DNA from: Methanotrichaceae archaeon | GTDB taxonomy: Archaea; Halobacteriota; Methanosarcinia; Methanotrichales; Methanotrichaceae | Assembly: GCA_963813075.1 (NCBI GenBank) | Contig: CAWEXU010000004.1 | Span: forward strand, 64,001 to 128,000 | DNA: 64,000 bases | Direction: 5' to 3' | Shown here: piece after piece, positions 10,862-20,322 of the stretch | How the letters are laid out: the number at the start of each line of letters is the position of its first letter | How positions within the stretch are numbered: position 1 is the first letter of the stretch | The notes under the pieces: generated by a model | What the model was told of the DNA's origin: nothing | What the model saw: the letters and a program-made list of their open reading frames with translations, nothing else | Database searches by the model: none | Program-made: the position numbers and the translations under genes

Positions 10862-12370
10862 ATGCCATCAGATTTATCGGATAACGAGTTTCTGGTGCTG
10901 AAAGCGATATCAGAAGGACTTTCAGATCCAGGGAGCATTGCCCAAAAGCGGCAGATGAAGATCGAGACGGCCCGAGCGGCAGCAGACCTGCTGGCAGAAC
11001 AGGGCCTGATCCAGGTGGATAAGTCGGTGAATGAGACCTTCTCCCTCACCGATGAGGGGACAGCTTATGCCCGGGAGGGGCTGCCGGAAAGAAGGCTCCT
11101 TCAGTCTTTGGGAGGAGGTATGTCCATGTCCGAGCTGAAGGACCCTGCCCTCAAGATCGGCCTGGGCTGGCTGCGCAAGAAAGGCTGGGCGGTGATCGAG
11201 GGGGGGATGATCAAACCCCTGAAAGATGCCGCCAGGGGCGAGGACGAAGAGATACTGGAGGCTCTAAGAGATGGGGCCGTCTCCAATCCCAATTGGGGCG
11301 AGAAGGTTTTGGCCGCATTGAAGAGCCGGGGGCTTGTCACCTCCAGCAAGAGCAAGGAGTGGCGCTATATCATCACCGATGCCGGCGACCTGGCGATAAA
11401 GGAGTTCGAGCCGAAATATTCCGGCATAAAGAAAGCGGTACTGGATATGCCGGCTCTCACCTCTGAAATGATAAAGTCAGGGGAGTGGCGGGATGACATG
11501 GACGGTTTATCCCTGTGCTACCAGGGCTCAGTTTATCGCCCTCGCCCCTATGACGTCACTCTCCCAGCCGACCGGATCTTTCCCGGAAAGAGGCATCCCT
11601 ACCAGCGGCTGATCGATAACATGCGGGAGATCATGCTGGAGATGGGATTTGTGGAGATCAAGGGGCCGATCGTCCAGACCAGCTTCTGGAACTTCGATGC
11701 GCTATTCCAACCGCAGGACCACCCGGCCAGGGAGATGCAGGACACCTTCTATCTGAATAGCCTTGGGGATATCCCCGATTATGCCCTCGTCAAAGAGATG
11801 CATGAATGCGGCGGCAGCGTCGGGTCGACCGGATGGGGAGGCTGCTGGAGCCCGGAGGTGGCCCGGCAGGAGGTATTGCGCACCCATACCACCGGGGTGA
11901 CGATCAAGTACCTGGCCGAGCATCCTCAGCCGCCGGTCAAGGCCTTCGGAATCGATCGGGTCTACCGGCGGGAGGCGATAGACTCCACCCATACCCCGGA
12001 GTTCGAGCAGCTGGAGGGAATAGTGATGGACGAGAGCGTGACCTTCTGCCACCTCCTGGGCATCTTGAAGGAGTTTTATGGAAAGATGGGATTTGAGGAG
12101 GTGCGCTTCCGTCCCGGCTACTTCCCCTACACCGAGCCCTCAGTCGAGCCCGAGGTCTATATCGACGGCCTGGGATGGGTGGAGCTGGGAGGAGCAGGGG
12201 TGTTCAGAAAGGAGGTTACCGCCCCATTCGGCATCGATCATCCCGTTTTGGCCTGGGGCCTGGGGGTCTCCAGGGTGGCCATGCTCAGGCTGGGGCTGAA
12301 GGACCTGAGGCTGCTCTATCAATCGGATATCGAATGGCTGCGCCAGACGCCTGTTTCCATCAAGCTGTGA
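10862..12370 (+). CDS. pheS: Phenylalanine-tRNA ligase alpha subunit (archaeal type)
   Basis: NFDALFQPQDHPAREMQDTF, LRTHTT, YFPYTEPS, ELGGAG. Confidence 0.97.
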   Translation: MPSDLSDNEFLVLKAISEGLSDPGSIAQKRQMKIETARAAADLLAEQGLIQVDKSVNETFSLTDEGTAYAREGLPERRLLQSLGGGMSMSELKDPALKIGLGWLRKKGWAVIEGGMIKPLKDAARGEDEEILEALRDGAVSNPNWGEKVLAALKSRGLVTSSKSKEWRYIITDAGDLAIKEFEPKYSGIKKAVLDMPALTSEMIKSGEWRDDMDGLSLCYQGSVYRPRPYDVTLPADRIFPGKRHPYQRLIDNMREIMLEMGFVEIKGPIVQTSFWNFDALFQPQDHPAREMQDTFYLNSLGDIPDYALVKEMHECGGSVGSTGWGGCWSPEVARQEVLRTHTTGVTIKYLAEHPQPPVKAFGIDRVYRREAIDSTHTPEFEQLEGIVMDESVTFCHLLGILKEFYGKMGFEEVRFRPGYFPYTEPSVEPEVYIDGLGWVELGGAGVFRKEVTAPFGIDHPVLAWGLGVSRVAMLRLGLKDLRLLYQSDIEWLRQTPVSIKL

Positions 12371-12380
12371 GGAGTATACC

Positions 12381-14030
12381 ATGCCCGTTGTCAGACTTTA
12401 TTATCAGGATATGGAGAGGCTGATTGGCGCCTCTCAAGAGACGATCATGAATAGGCTTGCCATGATGGGTGCAGACATAGGAAAAAGGGCGGAGGAGGAG
12501 CATGTGGATGTGGAGTTCTTCCCCGACCGGCCCGACCTCTACAGCTCGGAGGGGGTGGCCAGAGCGATGCAGGGTTTCCTGGGGATCAAGACCGGTCTGG
12601 TCGAGTATGCCGTTGAAAAGGGCCCGGTGGTCCTGCAGGTGGAGGAGTCGGTAAAATCGGTTCGCCCTCTGATCGGCTGCGCCGTTGTTCGTGGTCTGGA
12701 GTTTACCAGTGAGGCCATCGAGTCCCTGATGGGGCTGCAGGAGGACCTGCACTGGGGGCTGGGCCGGAACCGGCGGAAGGTGGCCATCGGCGTGCACGAC
12801 ATATCTAGGGTCAGGCCCCCATTCCGCTACTTCGGCGAGAGCCCTCTGCGCCGGTTCGTCCCCCTGGACTATAGCGAGGAGATGACCATGGAGGAGATCC
12901 TGCAGAATCACCCCAAAGGAAAGGATTACGGCCATATCCTGAAGGGCTGCCCGGTCTATCCCCTGATTGTGGATGCAGATGATCAGGTTCTGTCCTTCCC
13001 GCCGATCATCAATGGCGAATTGACCAGCGTCACCGAGGAGACAAGGGATCTCTTCATCGATGTCACCGGGACTGACCCTGTGGTCCACAAGGCCCTGAAC
13101 ATCGTGGTCACCTCTCTCGCCGAGAGGGGTGGAAAGATAGAGAGCGTTCTGGTGAAGAGGAGCGATGGCGACCTTATCAGCCCGGACCTCAGCCCCGCCA
13201 GCTGGAGGGTAAATGCTGCGGAGGCCAACCGGCTGATAGGATTCGATCTGACGGGAGCTGAGCTGGCCGAATGCCTGCAGAGGATGCGCTTTGGGGCAAA
13301 GGCCGCCGGCGAAGAGGGGATGGAGGATATGGTAGAGGTTCAGGTTCCGGCCTACCGGGCAGACATTATGCACTCCTGGGACATCTTCGAGGACGCGGCC
13401 AAGGCATACGGCTATGACCATCTGGAGGCCCGGCTTCCTCAGACGGTGACCGTGGGCCGGGCTCATCCTTCTGAAATGCGCAAAGGGGAGATCAGAGAGA
13501 TCATGGCGGGCCTCGGGTACCTGGAGACCATGCCCTTCACTCTGACCAATGAGTTGGTGCACTTCCAGTGGATGCGCCGATCCAACGCTCCGGAGGTGGC
13601 GGGCGCGACAAGAGTGCTTCACCCCATAAGCGAGCTGCATACCATCCTTCGCACCTCGCTTCTCAGCTCCCTTCTGGAGATCTTCGCCCTCAATCAGCAT
13701 CATCCTCTCCCGCAGAGGATATTCGCCGCCGGGGATGTGGTGAAAGACAAGAAGACCAGGATGAATCTGGCTGCGGCATCCATTCACAGCGGGGCGAATT
13801 ATTCGGAGATCAGGTCGGTGGTGGATGCAGTCTTGAGGGAGATGGACATCGAGGCGGATATCGCTCCCACCAAAGACGGGGCTTTTATGCCGGGAAGGGG
13901 GGCGGACCTCCTCGCCAAAGGCAAAAGGATCGGCTGCTTTGGTGAGCTGCACCCCATGCTTTTGCGCAGCTTCGGCCTGGAGCAGCCGGCAGTGGGCCTG
14001 GAGCTGGAGTGGGGAACGCTGGAGCGATAG
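12381..14030 (+). CDS. pheT: Phenylalanine-tRNA ligase beta subunit
   Basis: PDRPDL, RRKVAIGVHD, SFPPIING, PAYRADIMH.DI.ED; follows pheS. Confidence 0.96.
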   Translation: MPVVRLYYQDMERLIGASQETIMNRLAMMGADIGKRAEEEHVDVEFFPDRPDLYSSEGVARAMQGFLGIKTGLVEYAVEKGPVVLQVEESVKSVRPLIGCAVVRGLEFTSEAIESLMGLQEDLHWGLGRNRRKVAIGVHDISRVRPPFRYFGESPLRRFVPLDYSEEMTMEEILQNHPKGKDYGHILKGCPVYPLIVDADDQVLSFPPIINGELTSVTEETRDLFIDVTGTDPVVHKALNIVVTSLAERGGKIESVLVKRSDGDLISPDLSPASWRVNAAEANRLIGFDLTGAELAECLQRMRFGAKAAGEEGMEDMVEVQVPAYRADIMHSWDIFEDAAKAYGYDHLEARLPQTVTVGRAHPSEMRKGEIREIMAGLGYLETMPFTLTNELVHFQWMRRSNAPEVAGATRVLHPISELHTILRTSLLSSLLEIFALNQHHPLPQRIFAAGDVVKDKKTRMNLAAASIHSGANYSEIRSVVDAVLREMDIEADIAPTKDGAFMPGRGADLLAKGKRIGCFGELHPMLLRSFGLEQPAVGLELEWGTLER

Positions 14031-14204
14031 AAGGCTCCCTCTTTTTCCCCGTCGGGAGTCGCCGGCTCAGATATAACAGGTAAGATATCATTGAATTAAC
14101 ATATCCTGAGCGTCTGATTTATCTTGGTAGAGCGGCAATAGATGGATTGGAAATGCAAGACGGCGGCAATTATTCTATCTGTCCGCAAAAGGAATGGTTG
14201 TGTC

Positions 14205-14585
14205 ATGAAGGTCAGAGATTTGATGAGCTACCCCATAGTCACCGTGCGCCCGGAGGCCATGGTGCTGGATGCCATAAAGGTGATGGCCGCTCAGGAGAAA
14301 GGCAGCGTTCTGGTGGCGAAAGAGTGCCTCCTCAAGGAGTGTCTGGGCATCGTCACCACCAGCCAGGTCTTCTTGAAGGTGTTTGCCCGGGGGCTGGACC
14401 CGGCAAAGGTGAGGGTCTCGGATATCATGACTCCCGGGCCTCTGATCACCATTGATCTCGATGAATCCACCCAGAAGGCGGCGGAGCTGATGCAAAAGCA
14501 CAGGATCAGAAGGCTGCCGGTGATGAAGGAGGGGACGCTGGTGGGCATCATCACCAGCAAGGATCTTTTGGCCTGCGTGAGATGA
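14205..14585 (+). CDS. CBS-domain protein
   Basis: MKVRDLMS...; IRRLPV...LVGIITSKDLL CBS pair. Confidence 0.88.
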   Translation: MKVRDLMSYPIVTVRPEAMVLDAIKVMAAQEKGSVLVAKECLLKECLGIVTTSQVFLKVFARGLDPAKVRVSDIMTPGPLITIDLDESTQKAAELMQKHRIRRLPVMKEGTLVGIITSKDLLACVR

Positions 14586-14670
14586 GGGCAGGGCTTTTTG
14601 ATCTCTTATCGGTTTTGAGGGGCGAGAACGCAGATTTTAAATAGTCATAGGTTAAGTCCCCAGGGTCAGA

Positions 14671-14755
14671 GTCGAGGTCGCCTAGCCTGGTATGGCGCAG
14701 GTTTGCTAAACCTGTTCCGCTCCGCGGATCGTGGGTTCGAATCCCACCCTCGGCG
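14671..14755 (+). tRNA. tRNA-Ser(GCU)
   Basis: Acceptor gtcgagg/cctcggc, anticodon arm caggt-ttGCTaa-acctg, long variable arm, T-loop ggttcgaatcc. CCA not encoded. TATA-like ttttaaata at 14635-14643. Confidence 0.96.
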
Positions 14756-15068
14756 CTCAATTTCTAAAGGCCACAGATTTGCCCACTTTGCAGTAATTTA
14801 AATTATTATGAAAATTTTTGCATTAGAACAGTTTTTCTGAGCCCACCATTGGTCATCAGCGTGCAGCTCATTCTGCAGATCCATGGATTCATAAGGTTTG
14901 CTCGATCACCTGAATGGAACCATTTCTGCCCTCTTATGCCTGAACTGAACGGTCTTCAGGGAATTTCCAGCCTGAATGGCATAAGATGATGCCGTTCGTT
15001 CGCCTCAGTTTTTAAATATCGTTCGTTCTTCGGAGGCACAAGCGGATAATCAGCAGAAGAGCTGATCT

Positions 15069-15347
15069 ATGGGGAGTCTGATGTTGAGAGCGATCAGAGA
15101 ATACTTAAAGCATAAACCATGTCTGAGGGGCCAGATCCTCGATCGGGGCGAGCTGAAGCGCGTGGCCCAGGCCTGCGGATTGAGCCCCCAGGAGGCTAGA
15201 GGTGAGCTGAGACGGCTGGGGTTCATCCTGACAAGAAACAATCACGGCCTGCCCGTCTGGACGATGCCCAGGGCTGATCGGCCGGAGGGCGGGGCCAGCA
15301 CGGAAAAGCTCAACCGACCTCAGAGAAGAGGCAGCCTGACCGGTTAA
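15069..15347 (+). CDS. Small hypothetical protein, possible winged helix
   Basis: ORF after a TATA-like tttttaaata (~15009-15018); HTH-like KRVAQACGLSPQEARGELRRLGF. Confidence 0.55.
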   Translation: MGSLMLRAIREYLKHKPCLRGQILDRGELKRVAQACGLSPQEARGELRRLGFILTRNNHGLPVWTMPRADRPEGGASTEKLNRPQRRGSLTG

Positions 15348-15372
15348 AGAGAAATAGATGATTGATAGATGA

Positions 15373-16092
15373 TTGATAACTGAATATAAAAAAGATATAA
15401 GAGAGCTGAGTGCAATTACCGTACTGATAGAGCTGAAGGACATCAAGAAGACCTACCTCATCGGCAGGAGCGAGTATCCTGTTTTGAAGGGCATAGACCT
15501 GGAGATAGAGGAGGGGGAGTTTGTGGCCCTGATGGGGCCATCGGGCAGCGGCAAGTCCACCCTGCTGAACATCATCGGCTGCCTGGACCGGCCCACCAGC
15601 GGGCGCTTTCTCTTGCAGGGCACGGATATCAGCCGGACGGCGAACGAGGAGCTGGCCAGGATCCGGAGAGAGGAGATGGGATTCATCTTTCAGACCTTCA
15701 ACCTCATCGCCCGGATATCGGTCCTGCAGAATGTGGAGATCCCCATGATGCTGCGCGGCGTCCCCCGCGGGGTGAGACGGGAGAGGGCGATGAAGCTATT
15801 GGAGAGCATGGATATCGCCCACCGGGCGGACTTCGGCCCCCAGAACATCTCCGGCGGAGAGCGGCAGAGGGTGGCGATAGCCCGCGCCCTGGCCAACGAT
15901 CCTAAGATCATAATTGCCGATGAGCCCACCGGCAACCTGGACCTTAAAAACAGCAATGAGGTCATGAAGATCTTAAACCAGCTTCACCAGGAGGGCCGAA
16001 CCATCATCATGGTCACCCACAATCCGGAGATAACCGAGAACTGCAGCCGGGTCATCCGGCTCAGAGACGGACGAATCATGGAGAATTCTTAA
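15373..16092 (+). CDS. ABC transporter ATP-binding protein (LolD/MacB type)
   Basis: GPSGSGKST, ISGGERQRVAIARAL, ADEPTGNLD, VTHN. True start probably ~15415. Confidence 0.94.
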   Translation: MITEYKKDIRELSAITVLIELKDIKKTYLIGRSEYPVLKGIDLEIEEGEFVALMGPSGSGKSTLLNIIGCLDRPTSGRFLLQGTDISRTANEELARIRREEMGFIFQTFNLIARISVLQNVEIPMMLRGVPRGVRRERAMKLLESMDIAHRADFGPQNISGGERQRVAIARALANDPKIIIADEPTGNLDLKNSNEVMKILNQLHQEGRTIIMVTHNPEITENCSRVIRLRDGRIMENS

Positions 16093-16984
16093 ATGAAGAG
16101 AATTTTTATATTAATTTTAATGCTGCTATTTGCCGGCCTGGCAGGAGGATACGAGTATCGTATGCCCGTGAACATCCAGAGCAGCACCAATCCTGCGGTG
16201 CTCATGCCCGGAGACGAGGCGATCCTGACCATCCAGATGCAGAACGGGGCAGCAGCCTACGGCGTGGGAAAGGATGCAGGAGTCTCCTCTTCCTCAAATG
16301 CCATTTTGTCCACTCCCATAAACCACACCACTCTGCATGGTACAACTGAGCTGGAGGTCATCGATCCAGATAGCTATGATCTGGGGATGATCGGGCCCAA
16401 TGATTCATTTCCCATCTACTACAAGATCATGGCAGGGAATAATGTGAGCAGCGGCACCTATCTGCTCGACTTTGAGGTTCAGGGAGGCTATGATATGATC
16501 ACCATCAAAAGGGAGATTCCAATCAAGGTGGATTCCTCGACGGTGAGTATGGCGATCATAGATTCTACCTCCTCTACTACTCCCTCTGCCACCCCTGCCG
16601 CGGCAACCCTGAACCTGAATGTGGCCAACCCCCGTGAGAACACCCTGAATGCCGTGACCATAGTGCCCTCTGCCCAGGGGCTGAGGTTCTCTCCGGAGAG
16701 GTACTATATCGGCACTATGGATGCGGATGAGGTCTTCACCATCAGCTTTGGAGTGCAGTCCGTGGATCCCGTCCAGAAATCCGGCCAGGGAGGCGAGCAA
16801 TATCAGCTTTGTGGCTGAGTTCAAGAACGGTGACACCTGGCACAGGTCAGAGCCTTACATCACCACCTACAGTCCGCCTGTGCAGGATGCCCGGCCGAAT
16901 AACAATCTTCTGCCCCTGGCCATTGGCGCTCTGGCCCTGCTGGCTGTTGCCGCCTACCTCTACCGCAAAAAGAGGAAAGAATGA
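16093..16984 (+). CDS. Secreted/anchored S-layer-domain-like ABC accessory protein, frameshifted ~16780
   Basis: Signal peptide in 16093..16818; continuation frame 16721..16984 supplies a C-terminal TM helix plus basic tail (YLYRKKRKE). Confidence 0.7.
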
Positions 16985-18210
16985 AATTATCGGATATGCT
17001 GGAGTTCATCTCCCTGGGATTCAGAAGCGATCGCTTCAAGACGCTCATGTCCTCCCTGGGGATCATCATCGGCGTCCTGGCGATAGTGGTGATGCTCTCC
17101 GTGGGGGAAGGGCTGTACTCCGGCGTCTCCAGCCAGTTCTCCACCCTGGACCTGGATGTGATCCATGTGATTCCGGGCAGCGCTCGTTTTGGCGGGCCGG
17201 ACGGGGGGCCGGGAAGCAGAAATGCTGCCGAGCCCGCCAAGTTCACCGATAAGGACACCAAGGTGCTGGAGAATGTGGTGGGAGTAAAGAACGTCGCACC
17301 ACAGACCTCGACCGGTGTGGTGATCTCCTTTCGAAACACCAACAGCTCAGGCAGCCTAACCGGGGTGGACCCGGACAAGGAAGAGGACCTGAAGGATGAG
17401 GTGGCACAGGGTCGGTGGCTCACCGGCTCGGACTACAAGTCGATAGTGATCAGCAATGGCATATCCCAGGAGATGTTTCGCATGAAGGTCACCCCGGGGA
17501 ACAAGATCCGGCTGTACTATCGGGACCGGCCCATGGACTTCACCGTGGTGGGGGTGCTGGGAGAAGAGGAGGATACGGGCTTTGGCGGCGGAGCAGGGTG
17601 GGGGGCGGACAATGCCATGTACATCACCCATAAGGCAATGGACGAGCTCCTGGCGGAGGAGAACTACTACTATGACACCTTTCAGGTCACCGTCTATGAT
17701 CCCGATCAGGCGGACTTTATAATCGATCGAATCATGAACGACCTCAAGAGATATCATAAAGACGAGGCCTATGATGCCACCACCGCCCGGGATATGCTCA
17801 GCACCCTGATGACCACCCTCTCCATGATCAAGTACGCCCTGGCCGGAATTGGGGCCATATCCCTGCTGGTGGGAGGGATTGGCATCGCCAATGTGATGAT
17901 GCTCACCGTAAAGGAGAGGATCAGGGAGATCGGGACTCTGCTCGCCCTGGGGGCAACGGTAGAGGACATCCGCAGGCAGTATCTGCTGGAGGCCGGAGTC
18001 CTGGGGGTGGTCTCAAGCCTGATAGGGATAATCTTAGGGGTGGGAGCCTCCTATCTCATTGGCTCGCTGGCCGGTCTGCCCTCGTCCGTAACCCCGGAGT
18101 CGATAATACTGGGCATTCTGTTCGGGGTTCTCACCACCACCATCGCCGGCTTTTATCCGGCGAACAAAGCGGCAAAGCTCGATCCAATAGAGGCATTGCG
18201 GGCGGAATGA
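16981..18210 (+). CDS. ABC transporter permease (MacB/FtsX type)
   Basis: LGIIIGV, ISLLVGGIGIANVM...ERIREIG, PANKAAKLDPIEALRAE. Confidence 0.93.
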   Translation: MKLSDMLEFISLGFRSDRFKTLMSSLGIIIGVLAIVVMLSVGEGLYSGVSSQFSTLDLDVIHVIPGSARFGGPDGGPGSRNAAEPAKFTDKDTKVLENVVGVKNVAPQTSTGVVISFRNTNSSGSLTGVDPDKEEDLKDEVAQGRWLTGSDYKSIVISNGISQEMFRMKVTPGNKIRLYYRDRPMDFTVVGVLGEEEDTGFGGGAGWGADNAMYITHKAMDELLAEENYYYDTFQVTVYDPDQADFIIDRIMNDLKRYHKDEAYDATTARDMLSTLMTTLSMIKYALAGIGAISLLVGGIGIANVMMLTVKERIREIGTLLALGATVEDIRRQYLLEAGVLGVVSSLIGIILGVGASYLIGSLAGLPSSVTPESIILGILFGVLTTTIAGFYPANKAAKLDPIEALRAE

Positions 18211-18331
18211 TCTACCCTTCTGGAAAATCGGTTATCGGTATGAAAAATTCAGCTCATAGCAGGATCGACCGCAAGAGTCGCTATCAGAGTCTTAAATACT
18301 ATGAAGATATAGCACTTTCAAGGGGAAGTCC

Positions 18332-18652
18332 ATGGATTCCAGCAAGCAAAAAGCCATTGATGAGTTCATTAAGAGGGCGACTCAGTCTTACGGAGACCAA
18401 ATCCGGAGCATCACTCTCTTTGGCTCTGTTGCTAGGGGCACAGATCGGCCTGACTCGGATATCGATCTTTTGGTGGTGGTGGACAGAGAGGACTTCCGGC
18501 TGCGTCGAGAGCTGATCGGCCTGACATTCGATATTCTGCTGGAAACAGGAGAAGATATCTCGGTGAGGGTTCTCTCCCAGAATGACTTTGAAGCCAAAAG
18601 GTCTTTCTCCTTCTTGAGTAACGTCCTATCCGAGGGTATCAAGATTGCCTGA
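18332..18652 (+). CDS. Minimal nucleotidyltransferase (MNT antitoxin)
   Basis: LFGSVARG...DSDIDLLVV. Confidence 0.9.
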   Translation: MDSSKQKAIDEFIKRATQSYGDQIRSITLFGSVARGTDRPDSDIDLLVVVDREDFRLRRELIGLTFDILLETGEDISVRVLSQNDFEAKRSFSFLSNVLSEGIKIA

Positions 18653-18695
18653 AGATTGAAAAAAGCCACTTAGCAATCACGGAAGCGGAAGAGTC
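18645..18695 (+). pseudogene. Possible 5' stub of a HEPN partner gene
   Basis: Overlaps the MNT stop; reads KIEKSHLAITEAEES, resembling the first HEPN helix, then is cut at the IS-end junction at 18696. Confidence 0.4.
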
Positions 18696-19000
18696 GTCAA
18701 CTACCGCGTCCTGAAGGGCGCGGCTTGCGACTACGCAAAAAGTCGTGTCGCGTTTGGCCGGTTGACACAAGACTAGCGAAGTCCTGAGGGATCATAGATT
18801 TCTCTCTACCCTGGCGACCTGCTTTGCATGGAGATCTTAACGCCGTTGTTGCCGAATCTTTCCATTCGGCTCAGATCATCCCCTTACAGGAATCATGCCG
18901 CGCAAAGCGATTTGTCTTTCATTCACCGTCTTACTCCGGTAGATCCGGAGTGCCCTACCTCATAGAGGCGAAAGACTGTTGCCCGAGTGCATCGGGGAAC
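18696..19000 (-). ncRNA. Candidate large structured RNA ending in an IS200/IS605 right end (orphan omegaRNA-like)
   Basis: Minus strand ends CAAGCCGCGCCCTTCAGGACGCGGTAGTTGAC. Multiple nested hairpins with GNRA loops and G-U pairs on the minus strand. TTAAATA about 25-30 nt upstream. No ORF. Confidence 0.7.
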
Positions 19001-19127
19001 TAAGCTTATATAGTATGTGATACTATTTAAGACTTATGTTCACTAACATACAGTTGATGAGGCTGAGAACGGGTTCGTCTGCAGAATGGAAAAAGCTATG
19101 AGCAATCAAGGAATGGAAGAGTCATAA

Positions 19128-19436
19128 ATGAATACAATCAACGTTATTTGCTGCTTTGCTGCCATCCTTCTTCTGGCCGCCGGCACCCTGGCTGAGCCCT
19201 CGATGAAGCTCGACGGAAGCGCAGGCAAATTGATTCTCGCTCAGCTAGCGGATCAGGGCCAGAATCAGAGCGAAATGAGCAATCAAACGAATGAGACGGA
19301 AAACCAGAGCAAAAATCAGACATTAGAGGGACTCTGGAGCTGGGGCGGCGTGCCTTCCGGCTTTACTCTGAACCAATCATCGGGAAAGCTGGAGGCGGTT
19401 CCCACCGGCGAGGCGGATTGGCTGGCTAATATCTAA
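19128..19436 (+). CDS. Small secreted hypothetical protein
   Basis: Signal peptide, NQS/NQT/NET sequons, LWSWGGVP motif. Confidence 0.7.
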   Translation: MNTINVICCFAAILLLAAGTLAEPSMKLDGSAGKLILAQLADQGQNQSEMSNQTNETENQSKNQTLEGLWSWGGVPSGFTLNQSSGKLEAVPTGEADWLANI

Positions 19437-19536
19437 AGGACAGCAGGCATGGGATTCTGAGGGAATGAGCGGGAGAGCGGAAGTCTCCCCTGAAAATCCC
19501 CCAAGATGCATGATCTGTGGCCTGGGGCCTGAGACC

Positions 19537-20322
19537 TCAGTCCAGCCTCCTGCTCTTTTTCAGCCCGCCCTCCACTGCCTCTCTGATGATATAGCCGCCC
19601 ACATGCAGCACGGTGTCTCCTAGTTCATTGTCTCTTTCCATGGAGCCGGTGCAGGGATAGGAATGATGGGCCTCGGATATCCTCTCTCTGATGTCCGGCT
19701 GATCGGGCTCCAGGCCCAGCATCTTCTTGGCCACAAACCAGGTCGAGCCGCAGGGAGCGCTTCGCACGACATTGGCCCCCATGATCACATCCTTTCCCTC
19801 TCTGCTGCCCTGGACGGTGAACTCTATCAACGGATCGCCAATTCTTGCTTCCTTCAGGAACTGAGCGATGATGGGCTTGGAGGGATCCGGCCGCAGGGCG
19901 CAGAAGGGCTTGGCAAAGGCCGCCTCCATCCCCAGCTCTGCTGCCTTATCCTCCACCTGCTTTCTCTGCCCCAGCGGCATCTCCTTGGGCGACTCCGATC
20001 CGCCTATAATCGCTTTGACCCCCGCTTCTTTGAACTTGGGCAGCAGGCCGTAGAGAATATCGGGATGGACATTGATCACGATGATGATATCCGCCTTCGG
20101 TATATCCTGCGGAAGCAAGGGCTCCACATCATCTATGAAATCCCCGTACGTCGAAGGATCGGGCATCTCCACCAGGGCCACAATATCCTTGGCCAGGTCC
20201 GGGGCAACATTCCGGCATTCGGTGCAGGCATCTGCGCAGGAGATGCAGAACCCGGAGAAGTTTACCAGGTTGCCCACCACTCTAGCGCCGAATTCGCCGC
20301 TATAATATACCGCCAGCTTCAT
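19537..20322 (-). CDS. DUF166-like conserved archaeal protein
   Basis: PFC.L, VVRSAPCGSTWFVA, HHSYPCTGSM motifs; N-terminal Cys cluster. Confidence 0.75.
   Translation of the reverse strand: MKLAVYYSGEFGARVVGNLVNFSGFCISCADACTECRNVAPDLAKDIVALVEMPDPSTYGDFIDDVEPLLPQDIPKADIIIVINVHPDILYGLLPKFKEAGVKAIIGGSESPKEMPLGQRKQVEDKAAELGMEAAFAKPFCALRPDPSKPIIAQFLKEARIGDPLIEFTVQGSREGKDVIMGANVVRSAPCGSTWFVAKKMLGLEPDQPDIRERISEAHHSYPCTGSMERDNELGDTVLHVGGYIIREAVEGGLKKSRRLD

Noticed and set aside
12360..13952. Long antisense ORFs (e.g. 530 aa opposite pheT; also 2980..4071, 8485..9525, 48353..49345)
   Set aside because: Shadow ORFs of GC-rich, codon-biased genes with no motifs.
14756..15350. Integrated element at tRNA-Ser
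   Set aside because: No integrase and no duplicated tRNA 3' end noticed in the window.
18769..18976. Group I intron (IStron) core suggested by the pseudoknot order and TAGTC
   Set aside because: The P7 5' strand would be GACGG rather than GACTA and there is no convincing P4-P6 domain; needs a covariance-model search.
18696..19000. HEARO/IscB omegaRNA on the plus strand (GTCAACTACC...GTTGAC start)
   Set aside because: No iscB/isrB downstream, and GNRA loops, most G-U pairs and the TATA position favour the minus strand. Only the terminal hairpin pairs slightly better on plus, so it is not fully excluded.
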